DNA from: a virus
Taxonomy: Duplodnaviria > Caudoviricetes
Virus record (IMG/VR): IMGVR_UViG_3300042446_001034
Span: 1-56,802 of that record
DNA: 56,802 nt
Reading direction: 5' to 3' (one strand)
The notes beneath the pieces are model-generated. The model saw only the letters and a program-made list of their open reading frames with translations. It searched no databases and had not been told where the DNA came from. Positions 10,091-20,114 of this stretch are shown piece by piece (positions within the stretch are counted from its first letter, which is position 1; each line of letters starts with the position of its first letter). Position numbers and translations under genes: made by a program.

Positions 10091-10111
10091 TATTTATCGT
10101 AGCGGTAAATA
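10091..10111. promoter_or_regulatory. Back-to-back late promoters forming an imperfect palindrome
   Basis: TATTTATCG-TAG-CGGTAAATA between divergent gp13 (-) and gp14-like (+) genes. Confidence 0.6.
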
Positions 10112-10118
10112 TATGACT

Positions 10119-11519
10119 ATGCCAAGACTCAGTTTATACCGACCCGAAAAGGGCAACGATTTCCGCTTTATAGATAGATCCGCCTGGGAAATGTTCCAAG
10201 TCGGCGGAACAGATGTGCTGGTACACAGATACATCGGGCCCGGTGCATCCATACAGGGCGATACTCCCAGCACTCCTACCTACGCCACTGATAACGTAGC
10301 AAACATACAAGATCTGTTATTTTTAGAAAACAGAGATCGCAAATATGATCCCGATGTTTACGTCATGCGCGGTGTATACAATATATCTGATATCGATTTT
10401 AACCTTAGTCAGTTTGGACTGTTCCTGCAGAATGACACTATTTTTATCACATTCCACATCACAGATACTGTAGAAAAACTAGGTCGTAAAATCATAGCAG
10501 GAGATGTGATAGAACTGCCGCATCTCAAAGACGAATATGCTTTGAATGATTTAACTTTTGCACTAAAACGTTTCTTTGTCATAGAAGAAGTTAGTAGAGC
10601 AGCGGAAGGATTTTCAGCCACATGGTATCCACATCTATATCGTGCCAAGTGCAAGCCGTTAGTGGATAGCCAAGAATTCAAACAGATACTAGATGATATT
10701 GCAGACAGAGAATTCTACAAAGGCACTTATAACTCAACCATAACTTATTATCCCGGCGATGTTGTATTAGCTGACAATGGCAAAAAATATCAAGTCATCC
10801 GAGAAGTCACCGGAATAGAACCGCCCGGACCGGTAAACAATCCTTACTATGCACTAGCAGACACCCTACGAGATGTAATCAGTACCTACGAAAAAGAAAT
10901 GCAGATCACTGCTGCGGTATTAGATCAAGCAGAAGCAGATGCACCACGCAGCGGCTACGACACCAGCAAGTATTATACACTACAGCGAACCGACGACGGT
11001 ACCGCAGAATTAGCCAGCGTGGATGCATCGTTGGTGACAGTGGATGCACAAACACAGGCCACTGATGAAAATGGAGTTCCCCAATTTGACTCGGCTGGTA
11101 ATGCAATATATGTTGGTCAGACTGCCAGCAGTGTAATTTTACCTGCTGACGGGGATGGCTATGAAGGTTATCTAACCAAAGACGGTTTACCTCCCAACGG
11201 TGCTCCATTTACCGCTGGTATTTCATTCCCCAACAATCCTGTTAATGGACAATTTGCACTGCGAACAGATTATCTTCCTAACAGACTGTTTAGATTTGAC
11301 GGAGTAAGATGGCGCAAGTTTGAAGACAATGTGAGAACGACTATGAGCAATCTCGGAGCCAGCGATGTAGCAGCTGATAAACCGTTTGCAGGCAAGGATA
11401 TGCGTCAGACACAAAAATCTACATTCATTAATAACCCCACTGTGAACACCATAGACGGACACACAGTCAAAGAAAAACAGAGTCTCAGCAAGGCTCTAAG
11501 ACCTGAGGCAGACCTATAA
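10119..11519 (+). CDS. Neck / head-closure protein gp14-like, extended
   Basis: IQDLLFLENRDRKY, LSQFGLFL and GDVIELPHL; divergent from gp13 and followed by gp15; start could be 10113 or 10119. Confidence 0.65.
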   Translation: MPRLSLYRPEKGNDFRFIDRSAWEMFQVGGTDVLVHRYIGPGASIQGDTPSTPTYATDNVANIQDLLFLENRDRKYDPDVYVMRGVYNISDIDFNLSQFGLFLQNDTIFITFHITDTVEKLGRKIIAGDVIELPHLKDEYALNDLTFALKRFFVIEEVSRAAEGFSATWYPHLYRAKCKPLVDSQEFKQILDDIADREFYKGTYNSTITYYPGDVVLADNGKKYQVIREVTGIEPPGPVNNPYYALADTLRDVISTYEKEMQITAAVLDQAEADAPRSGYDTSKYYTLQRTDDGTAELASVDASLVTVDAQTQATDENGVPQFDSAGNAIYVGQTASSVILPADGDGYEGYLTKDGLPPNGAPFTAGISFPNNPVNGQFALRTDYLPNRLFRFDGVRWRKFEDNVRTTMSNLGASDVAADKPFAGKDMRQTQKSTFINNPTVNTIDGHTVKEKQSLSKALRPEADL

Positions 11520-13096
11520 TGGATTTTTACTACGACGGACAGATACGACGATATGTCACACAGTTCATGCGTGTGTTCATTGGATTCAAGTATCAAGCAG
11601 GAGACGGTGAGCAAAAACAGATACCGGTGATGTATGGCGATTTGACCAGACAGGTAGCCAGCATCATCAAAGACAATTCTGAAAACAAAATGCCTACTGT
11701 GCCGAGAATAGCGTGTTATATCACAGGCATTGAGATGGATACCAACAGACTCAGTGATCCTACATTTGTGTCTAAGATACACGTGAGAGAACGCAGATTC
11801 ACAGACGCCAACGGCACAAGAGAATATTCGGGCGCACAAGGCGGCAGCTATACTGTTGAAAGACTCATGCCTACTCCATTCAAGCTGACCATGAAAGCTG
11901 ATATATGGACAACAAACACTGATCAAAAATTACAGTTGTTAGAACAGATACTGGTGCTGTTTAATCCCAGTTTGGAACTGCAAACCACAGACAACTACAT
12001 CGACTGGACCAGTCTCAGCGCCATGTATCTAACCGGCACTAATTTTTCCAGTAGGACAATACCGCAGGGCGCAGAATCAGACATAGACATATGCAGTCTT
12101 GATTTTGAAATGCCTGTGTTCATATCACCACCGGCCAAGGTCAAAAAGCTAGGCATAGTTCAAAGCATTGTGGCCAACGTGTTTACAGATCAAGGTGATG
12201 TGATAGATCTTTCAGATCTAATATACAATACTTCACAATCCAGTATGACCCTAGTTACCAAAACTTATGGTAATTACAGAGTGTTGCTGTTCAAATCCAA
12301 CACAGGCACAGTCAACGATAACCAATATGATCTCACACTAGTGAATCCATTAGATGCTGTGCAGTCGCTAGGGCTAAGTCAGAAAGAATTTAAAAATGGC
12401 GAACCAGTGGAATGGTCAAAGATTCTAGAGATACAAGGCGGCTATGTGCCGGGCAGTGAAATATGGTTTCAAAAGGCCAGTGGCTATGAGATAGTAGGCA
12501 CATTTGTGATCAATCCCTTGGACCAGACCGTGCTCACCGTGACCTTAGATGCAGACACATATCCTGCCAATGACGACATTGCCAGTGGCATTCCCGGCAT
12601 AGCTGCTAGAGGCACGGTAGATGCTATCATAGATCCTTACAAGTATAATCCTTTAGAGGTCTATGGATCACATGCACAGATACCACTGGGCTTGAGATTC
12701 TTGATGTTAGACGATGTCAACAACAGCGAGAACCGTGGAGGTTATATTAATCTTCCTTCTAATCCTGCAGACAGCACAAACATACCATATAGAGGTCCGC
12801 AGGCCTGGCGTGATCCTAGCAACAACGATTCATCATGGGAAAATCAAGATGGTACCGATCCTGTGATCACAGCCAATTCCATTGTAGAGTGGACTGGTCA
12901 GACCTGGGCCACAATTTGGGATCCTCAAGACCACACGCTGGAAGATGCAGCTATTGCAGGTGAAGATTTCTCACCTACCCATATTCAAAATATCCGCACA
13001 GGCATCAAATACAAATGGGATGGTAATCAATGGCTCAAAGCATTCGAAGGTGAGTATCTGCCAGGAGAGTGGAACTTCAAGACTATAGGCGGATAA
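11519..13096 (+). CDS. gp15: Tail sheath stabilizer / tail terminator gp15-like with C-terminal extension
   Basis: FYYDGQIRRY, IPVMYG, MPTPFKL and QKLQLLEQILVLFNP motifs. Confidence 0.78.
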   Translation: MDFYYDGQIRRYVTQFMRVFIGFKYQAGDGEQKQIPVMYGDLTRQVASIIKDNSENKMPTVPRIACYITGIEMDTNRLSDPTFVSKIHVRERRFTDANGTREYSGAQGGSYTVERLMPTPFKLTMKADIWTTNTDQKLQLLEQILVLFNPSLELQTTDNYIDWTSLSAMYLTGTNFSSRTIPQGAESDIDICSLDFEMPVFISPPAKVKKLGIVQSIVANVFTDQGDVIDLSDLIYNTSQSSMTLVTKTYGNYRVLLFKSNTGTVNDNQYDLTLVNPLDAVQSLGLSQKEFKNGEPVEWSKILEIQGGYVPGSEIWFQKASGYEIVGTFVINPLDQTVLTVTLDADTYPANDDIASGIPGIAARGTVDAIIDPYKYNPLEVYGSHAQIPLGLRFLMLDDVNNSENRGGYINLPSNPADSTNIPYRGPQAWRDPSNNDSSWENQDGTDPVITANSIVEWTGQTWATIWDPQDHTLEDAAIAGEDFSPTHIQNIRTGIKYKWDGNQWLKAFEGEYLPGEWNFKTIGG

Positions 13097-13104
13097 GTAT
13101 CTGC

Positions 13105-13500
13105 ATGCAACAGCGTGCCGGATTATTATTTTTAGCTAAAACCACAGGTCGCATCCTGCTGATCCTAGATGATGAGCGATGGACCGTGCCTACCTTTCAA
13201 CGTAATAACAGCCTTCTAGAAGATGCAGATGCATTGTTAACGCAATATGCTCAAGGCCGTATAGTTCCTATTGAACTGTATCTGTCTGAAGATCGTGGTT
13301 TTGAGTATGGCACATATGTGTGCGTGGTCGATCAAGAGTTTTTAACTCTGGCATCAAAAACCATATGCTGGGCTGATTTAGATTGCCTTCCCAAACAATT
13401 ACACTCGGGACTGCGAACCACATTAAATAATCAGGTAATACGTGTGAAAATAGAAACCATATTGGAGTTAGAAAATGTCAAATCTGTTACAAAAATCTAG
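13105..13500 (+). CDS. Nudix-fold-like protein with degenerate Nudix box
   Basis: RAGLLFLAKTTGRILL..W, FEYGTYVCVV and W..L..LP..LH frame a Nudix-like fold; ATG at 13105 follows TAAGTA. Confidence 0.5.
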   Translation: MQQRAGLLFLAKTTGRILLILDDERWTVPTFQRNNSLLEDADALLTQYAQGRIVPIELYLSEDRGFEYGTYVCVVDQEFLTLASKTICWADLDCLPKQLHSGLRTTLNNQVIRVKIETILELENVKSVTKI

Positions 13501-13753
13501 TAGATTCCAGGAAGATTATGAGCGATATAGCACAGCCATCGACACCATGCCTGATGGCGCAGTCAAACAGGAATCTCAACAACTGCTGAACAAACTTGTT
13601 GCAGAAATAAAAAAATTAGATAGCATGCACATGGAAATGATCTACAGTCGTCAGCTGCCTACCATGGGCAGTGAAATGAAGCAGGATATCACAGCTATAA
13701 GAAAAAAATTAGAAACTAGAATCAGAGACTGGGCACAGGCGCAGCAAAATTAA
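13475..13753 (+). CDS. Small helical hypothetical protein
   Basis: 92 aa ORF; GGAG upstream. Confidence 0.6.
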   Translation: MSNLLQKSSRFQEDYERYSTAIDTMPDGAVKQESQQLLNKLVAEIKKLDSMHMEMIYSRQLPTMGSEMKQDITAIRKKLETRIRDWAQAQQN

Positions 13754-15312
13754 ATACTAGAGAAGTTTTTAATTACAATTGTGCCTACCATAGCAGCATG
13801 GGCACTACACTGATATCTATAGTTTCCGCTGATACTATCTGGAATCTTCCAATACAACGTTCCCGAATCTTTGCCCTGTGCAGATGATCCTGTAGTCACT
13901 GTGCCTCCTGTGGTAACGTGAACCAGCCCAATGTCATAATTAACGCCCGCATTATTCTGTATCAAGAACGGGTGGCCGGTGGCCTGTAAATTAAATGCTA
14001 TAGTAGTTCCGTTTATGGCATATATTGTAGGATCGTCTGTGGTCCCATACTGATCAAATCTATATGCAGATGCGCCGTTATTAGTCACATTAAGTCTTGT
14101 TATAGCCTGTAGATAAAACTGATCTATAGTAAGATCTGCACGATCGCTTAGTCCGGTAAACGCTGTAGCACCTGCTGATACGGTACTAGTGATTGTCACA
14201 GTGTCTGTGCCAGCATTGGTGGCTAGTGAAATACCAGTGCCTGCTACCAATGTTATTGTATCTCCTGGAGATTCTGCTTCAACACTCGACTGCCCTGCTA
14301 CAGCCAATATACCAAAAGCATTTTGACTTGAGCCCGAGTTAGTAATAGTAATGGTGTCGGTGCTAGCATCGGTTGTAAGTGTTATACCTGTGCCAGCCGC
14401 CAATGTCAATGTATCTGTAGACGAATCCGCTACCACTGAACTCTGCCCCGCTACTGCAATTGTAGCAAAACTATCTGACGCTGTGCCACCGCCTCCAGCT
14501 ACTGTGGCCCACGAGTTATCGCCTCTCAAATAAGTACTGGCACTAGGTGTGCCTGCGGCTCCTATACGACCTATGGGCACTGTGCCTGTGGTCAACTGTG
14601 TGGCGTTGAGTGCAGTGAGATTTGAACCACTACTGATTGGCAGTATAGCAGGAAATCTTGCATCGGGTATAGTACCGGTGGTCAATTGCGTAGCATTCAA
14701 TGCGGTAATACTAGCCCCACCACCGCTGAAGTTGGTAGCAGTGAGTAGCCCAGCATCGCTAATGCTGGCTGAGCTGTTTTTAATAGTTGTGCCACTGGTG
14801 CCACTGTATCTAACTATGGCGTTATCGACATAGCTACCTAACACAGAATTGACATTACCTGAACCAGTACCACTTGAGCCAGGTGGACCTGCTGGCCCAG
14901 CAGGTCCTTGCACTGTGGCTGTGGTTTGAACAGTGTTATCTGGAAATCTCAAAGTTCCCCCTAACACCAGGTTAGGAGTTATGGTTATGGGGTTTGCATT
15001 AGTAACACTAAGGGTAGTATCTACAATTGTGATATTTCCAGTAGAGGCCACAGAAGTCAAAGTCACAGTGTCAGTAGATGCATTGGTTGTGATAGCAATA
15101 CCAGAACCTGCTACTAGTGTTAAGGTATCTGTGGCGGTATCTGCTACCACAGTTGACTGTCCTGCAACAACTAAATTAGTGAAACTAGGCGAAGTTGAAA
15201 GATCGTATCCGCTGCTGATCACATTCCAAGCAGTGCCGTTGTATCGCCACGATTTTTGATCAACAGTATAGACTTCGTTGAGTGCTGGGCTATTAGGAAA
15301 ATTTATAGGCAT
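13750..15312 (-). CDS. Tail fibre protein with repeats, short collagen-like stretch and C-terminal cupredoxin-like domain
   Basis: INFPNSP..N..Y..W.YNGTAW N-terminus; GPAGPAGPPG; TYLRGDNSW; GHPF...YQCSAHAAMVG. Confidence 0.75.
   Translation of the reverse strand: MPINFPNSPALNEVYTVDQKSWRYNGTAWNVISSGYDLSTSPSFTNLVVAGQSTVVADTATDTLTLVAGSGIAITTNASTDTVTLTSVASTGNITIVDTTLSVTNANPITITPNLVLGGTLRFPDNTVQTTATVQGPAGPAGPPGSSGTGSGNVNSVLGSYVDNAIVRYSGTSGTTIKNSSASISDAGLLTATNFSGGGASITALNATQLTTGTIPDARFPAILPISSGSNLTALNATQLTTGTVPIGRIGAAGTPSASTYLRGDNSWATVAGGGGTASDSFATIAVAGQSSVVADSSTDTLTLAAGTGITLTTDASTDTITITNSGSSQNAFGILAVAGQSSVEAESPGDTITLVAGTGISLATNAGTDTVTITSTVSAGATAFTGLSDRADLTIDQFYLQAITRLNVTNNGASAYRFDQYGTTDDPTIYAINGTTIAFNLQATGHPFLIQNNAGVNYDIGLVHVTTGGTVTTGSSAQGKDSGTLYWKIPDSISGNYRYQCSAHAAMVGTIVIKNFSSI
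14185..15185 (-). repeat. Three dispersed ~45-aa repeats plus two ALNATQLTTGT(I/V)P repeats in the fibre gene
   Basis: F..(L/I)(V/A)VAGQS(T/S)V.A....DT(L/I)TL.AG.GI...T.A.TDT.T(L/I)T occurs three times; coordinates approximate. Confidence 0.75.
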
Positions 15313-15336
15313 TTTTTAATCTCTATGGAATATTTA

Positions 15337-17367
15337 TCAACGATTCAGCCGCAATCGCAAACCGCTGTTGATTCTAAGATTGGACAAGATTTTTCTTGAA
15401 CCCGATCTAAATCTAGCATCAATCTGCCCTTGATAAATCACTCGAGCATCGCCTCCTTCGAGACTTTCATAATCCAGCCAATTGGCTGTGTTAGTAGTGG
15501 TTGATTCTGTGCCGAAGTAAAAATCGGCAGCGTCTTGTGTTTCTAGAGATTGCAGCCATGCTTTGACTTCCACCCAGGTCCAGTCTCTATTCCATTCCAA
15601 CACTGTGGCTATAAATCCTGTGGCCACAGGACAGGCAGCACTGGTTCCGCTAAAGGCAGCGTCGGTGGTATTTCCGGAATTGTAACTTAGAGCAGCATAG
15701 GTATCAGGTCTCGGCCAGTTTGTGCCATAGCCTCTATTAGCTGCCAAGGTGCCATCTGCTGGAGCATAAACATCTATGCTGTTCCCCCTATCGCTGTAAC
15801 CAACTTTGGCTTCTTTTGAGGTCTTATAATCGTCATCAAGTGCTCCGATATTGATCACCGGATAAATTACGGCACCAGTGGCATCGGTATATTTGCCGCC
15901 TTGTTGAGGGAATCCTCGGCGATTCGTTGTGCCATATACTGCAACTCCAAACTCACTGAACGTGGAGTTGGCTAAACTTCCGCCGTTGGTGGCGGTAATA
16001 AAATTGTTATAGTCCGGATGACTGCTGTTCACCTGTTTTTGATTGCTGTTACCGGAAGCCGCAACAAAAATCACTCCGGCAGCAATCAATTCATCTTGCG
16101 CTGTGGTCAGTGAATTTGTTTTCATTTCACTTTTCCAACGACCGCCATCTCCCTGTGTGCCCATGTGGCTTAGCCAGTTTATTCCTGTTTCGGTGGTATA
16201 AGCAGTGTTGCTGGTTGACCTATGAGTGTAATAATATGTTGATCCGCCGGGAGCTTTGTCGGATCGATAGCCCCAGCTATTGCTGGTTATTGTGGGATTT
16301 CTAGTGCCAAAGAGAGGATTCACTGGTTTCACGGTATGAAATATTTTCATTATATCAAAGCCCGTTTCTATGCCTGCACCGTAGATGCCGTAAAGATCTA
16401 ATACCCATTTATTGGCATTATAGGCCCAACCTTGTGTTCTTCCGTAGGTTAGTGCAGCACAACAGGTACCGTGATCACCTTCGGTAGATAATGCAGCGTT
16501 GGAGCCATTGCAGTTTGCTCTAGTATAAGCAATAGAAACACCCACTGTGCCTGCATTCGCAAACTGTGCGCTGCGCAGAGCGTTGTTTGACCACCATGAT
16601 CTTGCTACTGACTCTACAGGAACTACGGTGCCGTCCCACCTAGTGATTAATCTCGTGGCAGGATCAGCATTGAACCAATCAGGATCTAGATAATATGGTG
16701 AATCTAGCACCAGATCTAATAGATCACAGGTGCCGTTACCTGGTAGAACATTGCCTCCAACGTATCCACTGGGTTTTGGCACAGCTGCAAACGGACTGGA
16801 ATCAGACAGAGAATTGTTTTGAAATTCTGGATGGCCAATCCAGGTGCCGTCATCTGCAACTATGACATCTATGTGCTTGCCTGTGCCGTATTGTGGAATA
16901 TTGGTATTGACCACTGCATTGTCTGCCAGCGCAGCATCTACCCAAGGATCTAATTTCTGTGTGCATCTATAGAGCTGATACCCAGTTCTGTTGACGTCTG
17001 AGGTATCGGGTGTCACTGCTAGTGTGTTGGAAGCAGCAAATTCTCTATAATTTTTCACCGCAGCAGCATATCTGTTTACTAAATCTGGTCTTACTGAGTG
17101 CAATTCGTCAGGTGGTGGTGTGAATTCAGCATAGCGTTTGTAATCTATGTTGATGAATTTTATTCTTGGATCATTTTTTAACTGCTCTGCTTCGGTGTCA
17201 GTGAGTAGATACGTTCCTCGAGTAGGGCTATGTAATTGATCATCTACACATTCTATTTCTCGAATAGGAACAGATTGATTGACATGTCCTGCCGCAGTTA
17301 GTTCAGCATTTAATTCATCCCACTCTGCTTCAGTATGAGTCGCCAATTGATAATATTTTTTTTCCAT
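15337..17367 (-). CDS. Subtilisin-like serine protease (peptidase S8) with N-terminal prodomain
   Basis: Triad motifs VIVADDG (Asp), DHGTCCA (His) and FSGTSAACP (Ser); oxyanion-hole ASGNSN. Confidence 0.85.
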   Translation of the reverse strand: MEKKYYQLATHTEAEWDELNAELTAAGHVNQSVPIREIECVDDQLHSPTRGTYLLTDTEAEQLKNDPRIKFINIDYKRYAEFTPPPDELHSVRPDLVNRYAAAVKNYREFAASNTLAVTPDTSDVNRTGYQLYRCTQKLDPWVDAALADNAVVNTNIPQYGTGKHIDVIVADDGTWIGHPEFQNNSLSDSSPFAAVPKPSGYVGGNVLPGNGTCDLLDLVLDSPYYLDPDWFNADPATRLITRWDGTVVPVESVARSWWSNNALRSAQFANAGTVGVSIAYTRANCNGSNAALSTEGDHGTCCAALTYGRTQGWAYNANKWVLDLYGIYGAGIETGFDIMKIFHTVKPVNPLFGTRNPTITSNSWGYRSDKAPGGSTYYYTHRSTSNTAYTTETGINWLSHMGTQGDGGRWKSEMKTNSLTTAQDELIAAGVIFVAASGNSNQKQVNSSHPDYNNFITATNGGSLANSTFSEFGVAVYGTTNRRGFPQQGGKYTDATGAVIYPVINIGALDDDYKTSKEAKVGYSDRGNSIDVYAPADGTLAANRGYGTNWPRPDTYAALSYNSGNTTDAAFSGTSAACPVATGFIATVLEWNRDWTWVEVKAWLQSLETQDAADFYFGTESTTTNTANWLDYESLEGGDARVIYQGQIDARFRSGSRKILSNLRINSGLRLRLNR

Positions 17368-17370
17368 GGC

Positions 17371-18480
17371 TTAATGTAGATCTACCCAGGCGCCTCCGGC
17401 ACGTCCTTGAAACTTATTTGTTGTGGTGTTATAGATCATATCGCCGTTGACCGCTGTTAGCAGATCTCTTGCTGCACTTGTAAAAGATGCCATTTTCAAA
17501 GGACTTGCTGTTATCTCTACACGAGTACCAGCCGTTAGTTGTATTTCACTATCTGACAACAGTTCAGGTATTCCTGATCCTTGACTTGAAAAATTGCCAG
17601 TTAACACAATGTCTTTCACTGTCAATTGATTGTTCACTGACAAATTCAATGCAACTTCGACACTGTTATCTATCACAAGATTATTTTGAACTGTGACATC
17701 GGAATCAAAAATTACTGCGGGTGTAAATCTTATTGCAGAAGAATCCGATGAGTCTATAGTGGTCACAGCAAAGGTAATGTTACCTGTGGTGCCGCCGCCC
17801 GTGATCGTGATGTTACCTGAGCTATCAGAGGCTGTGGTGATACCGCCGGCTCCAGTGAATCGAATTGGGCTTCCCGATGTAACTGATCGTAATGTGGAAT
17901 CGTCTGCTTCTACATTTAATACAAATGTCGCGGCCGATACAGCTGAATTGACAAATGCTGTAGAGGCTAATCCAGCCACTGCTGAATTGACAAACCCTGT
18001 AGTGGCGTATCCTGCCACTGCTGTGTTTACATAGGATGTAGAGGCTAATCCAGTCACTGCTGAATTAACATATGATACTGTGGCTAAATTTGTAGTATCG
18101 GGATACGGAGCCACTGGTTGAATCCATTGACTGCTTGACCCGTCGTTGAAATAAACATACAGTATACCGGTATTGGTATCTAACCACAAGTTTCCACTAG
18201 ATGGGGCCACAGGTACACTACTACTTACTGAAACTGTGGTATTTCCGCCACCCCCGCTCACTCCTGCTAAATTAGCCTTGGAAAGAAAGTCTGAGTTGGA
18301 AACGTTGGTTAAATCTGCTTTTGCTAAACTTACACCGCCGACTGTTGATCCGTTGTAAATTCTAAGAGTATTAGCTGTTTGATCGTAAAAAACTTCGCCC
18401 CTTGATCCTGAATTTCTATTTAAAAATCCAGAATCTCTAGGAATTATTCTTACTGCATCGAATACGGGTATTTTGGCCAT
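17371..18480 (-). CDS. Tail fibre-like structural protein
   Basis: GEVFYD....LRIYNG, P..GNLWLDTNTGILYVY and GDMIYNTTTNKFQG fibre motifs. Confidence 0.72.
   Translation of the reverse strand: MAKIPVFDAVRIIPRDSGFLNRNSGSRGEVFYDQTANTLRIYNGSTVGGVSLAKADLTNVSNSDFLSKANLAGVSGGGGNTTVSVSSSVPVAPSSGNLWLDTNTGILYVYFNDGSSSQWIQPVAPYPDTTNLATVSYVNSAVTGLASTSYVNTAVAGYATTGFVNSAVAGLASTAFVNSAVSAATFVLNVEADDSTLRSVTSGSPIRFTGAGGITTASDSSGNITITGGGTTGNITFAVTTIDSSDSSAIRFTPAVIFDSDVTVQNNLVIDNSVEVALNLSVNNQLTVKDIVLTGNFSSQGSGIPELLSDSEIQLTAGTRVEITASPLKMASFTSAARDLLTAVNGDMIYNTTTNKFQGRAGGAWVDLH
17935..18085 (-). repeat. 13-aa (39 nt) tandem repeat, about 4 copies
   Basis: YVNSAVTGLASTS/YVNTAVAGYATTG/FVNSAVAGLASTA/FVNSAVSA; DNA gctgaattgacaaa recurs. 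Confidence 0.8.
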
Positions 18481-18492
18481 ACTATTATTTAT

Positions 18493-19362
18493 TTAAATAT
18501 AACGAATGTTTGATAGATAATTTATGTATTTTTCAACGCCCGTGTTGATTTGAATAAAATTCTCAACGGTTACTCCCGAACTGATCAGCGATTTGGTATC
18601 AGCAAGGGTGTTAATTTGATATTGATTTTTAAGATCAGTTGGCATATCTATGAATTTTTTTGTTCCTGCGCCTGTATGATCTATGATTGTATCCGCAATA
18701 GTTTCAAAATCTACTCTATTACCAGTGCCTAGATCGTAAATTCCGGGTTGATAATTTTTATACATAAAATGGTATATGGTTTTTGCCACGTCTTCTACCC
18801 ATATAAAATCTCTGAAATAATTCTTACTGTTTTCAAATATTTTTATTTCTCCAGTCTTGCTGAGTTGATCAACCCAGTGCAGAATTGAAGAGGCCATTCT
18901 GCCCTTGTGATATTCATTGGGTCCATAAACATTAAACAGTCGAAGAATAACTCCGTCTATTTCATTCTCGCTGAGTAGTTTGCTAAACGCATATTGATTC
19001 ATTGGGCCTTGACCATTGCCGTATACTGCTGCACTTGAAGTAAAAATAAAAGGTATACTGCGTTCTTTACAAAATGTATTCCACTTTCTTGTTGATTGGA
19101 TATTTGAAGCATAAATCGAACTCCAATTTTTTTCTAGAGTATTTGAATTAGCACCGATATGTATCACTCCAGTGATATTTTCATTAGTTAAGTCAACATC
19201 ATCTATTGATAATAGTCTTTTATACTGTTTACCGATCAAGTTTTTATATTGATTTTCATAGGGCAAATCGTCAACTATGAGAATATCAGTTATTTGTTGA
19301 GAATTTAAATACCCTAATACCACACTGCCAATAAATCCACCAGCACCTGTTAATACTATCAT
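18493..19362 (-). CDS. hldD: ADP-L-glycero-D-manno-heptose 6-epimerase
   Basis: TGAGGFIGS, SSAAVYG, YAFSK (YxxxK), FNVYGPNEYHKGRMAS, RDFIWVEDV and L...YQ..T.AD motifs. Confidence 0.88.
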   Translation of the reverse strand: MIVLTGAGGFIGSVVLGYLNSQQITDILIVDDLPYENQYKNLIGKQYKRLLSIDDVDLTNENITGVIHIGANSNTLEKNWSSIYASNIQSTRKWNTFCKERSIPFIFTSSAAVYGNGQGPMNQYAFSKLLSENEIDGVILRLFNVYGPNEYHKGRMASSILHWVDQLSKTGEIKIFENSKNYFRDFIWVEDVAKTIYHFMYKNYQPGIYDLGTGNRVDFETIADTIIDHTGAGTKKFIDMPTDLKNQYQINTLADTKSLISSGVTVENFIQINTGVEKYINYLSNIRYI

Positions 19363-20114
19363 AAAATTTCTTCCAATGACGGAGCATAAACTCCTAGACG
19401 CTGTACGGTCACTGCACTAGCCCGGACCGCAAACTTAATAGCTTGTTCCATGTCTCGAGAATGGATATACCAATAGGCCAGTGCTGCTAAGAATGTATCA
19501 CCGGCACCGCAGACATCGCTGACCTCAACTACAGGTGCTGGAAATATTTTGTTATTCCAGTCTGCACCCTCTGGGCCTAGTGTCACTATCAGGTTACTGC
19601 ATCTGGTTTTAATTTGACTAAATTCAAAACTGTTTATTTTAACTATACATCCTTCTAGTCTGGCTAGGTCTGTTTTCTTTGTATCAACAAAGATAGGTCC
19701 ATCGAATGTGTTACGTAGGTTTTCAATTAGCTCGTAGGTAACAGTGCCTTTGTTATAGTCACTGATCACCACGGCATTATATCCAGTAAGACTGTAAGGA
19801 ATACTAGGAGGTGTTGATACCACATCGTTGTCGATGCGAACAATCTGTTGTTTACTTCTGATATCAATTAATCTAGTCTTTGTGCTATTTTCTCCGTAGA
19901 CAGAATAAACATTACATCCTAATGCTGCTAGATTATTACAGACATTGCCAGCCATGCCGGGTCTGCTTTCTTCGTGACTGAATTTAAATACAGGAACTGG
20001 GGCTTCGGGACTAATGCGATCAACAGTACCGTATTGATATACGTCTGTGCAATTATCCCCTATGAGTAATATCTTGTATTGCTTTGGTTGTTGAGTATGG
20101 TTCAACTCTGTCAT
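19359..20114 (-). CDS. rfaE1: Heptose-7-phosphate kinase (HldA / RfaE domain I, PfkB family)
   Basis: IGD..TDVY.YG.VDRISPEAPVPV, GMAGNV..NL, TKTR, SDYNKG and DVCGAGDTF motifs. Confidence 0.88.
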   Translation of the reverse strand: MTELNHTQQPKQYKILLIGDNCTDVYQYGTVDRISPEAPVPVFKFSHEESRPGMAGNVCNNLAALGCNVYSVYGENSTKTRLIDIRSKQQIVRIDNDVVSTPPSIPYSLTGYNAVVISDYNKGTVTYELIENLRNTFDGPIFVDTKKTDLARLEGCIVKINSFEFSQIKTRCSNLIVTLGPEGADWNNKIFPAPVVEVSDVCGAGDTFLAALAYWYIHSRDMEQAIKFAVRASAVTVQRLGVYAPSLEEIL

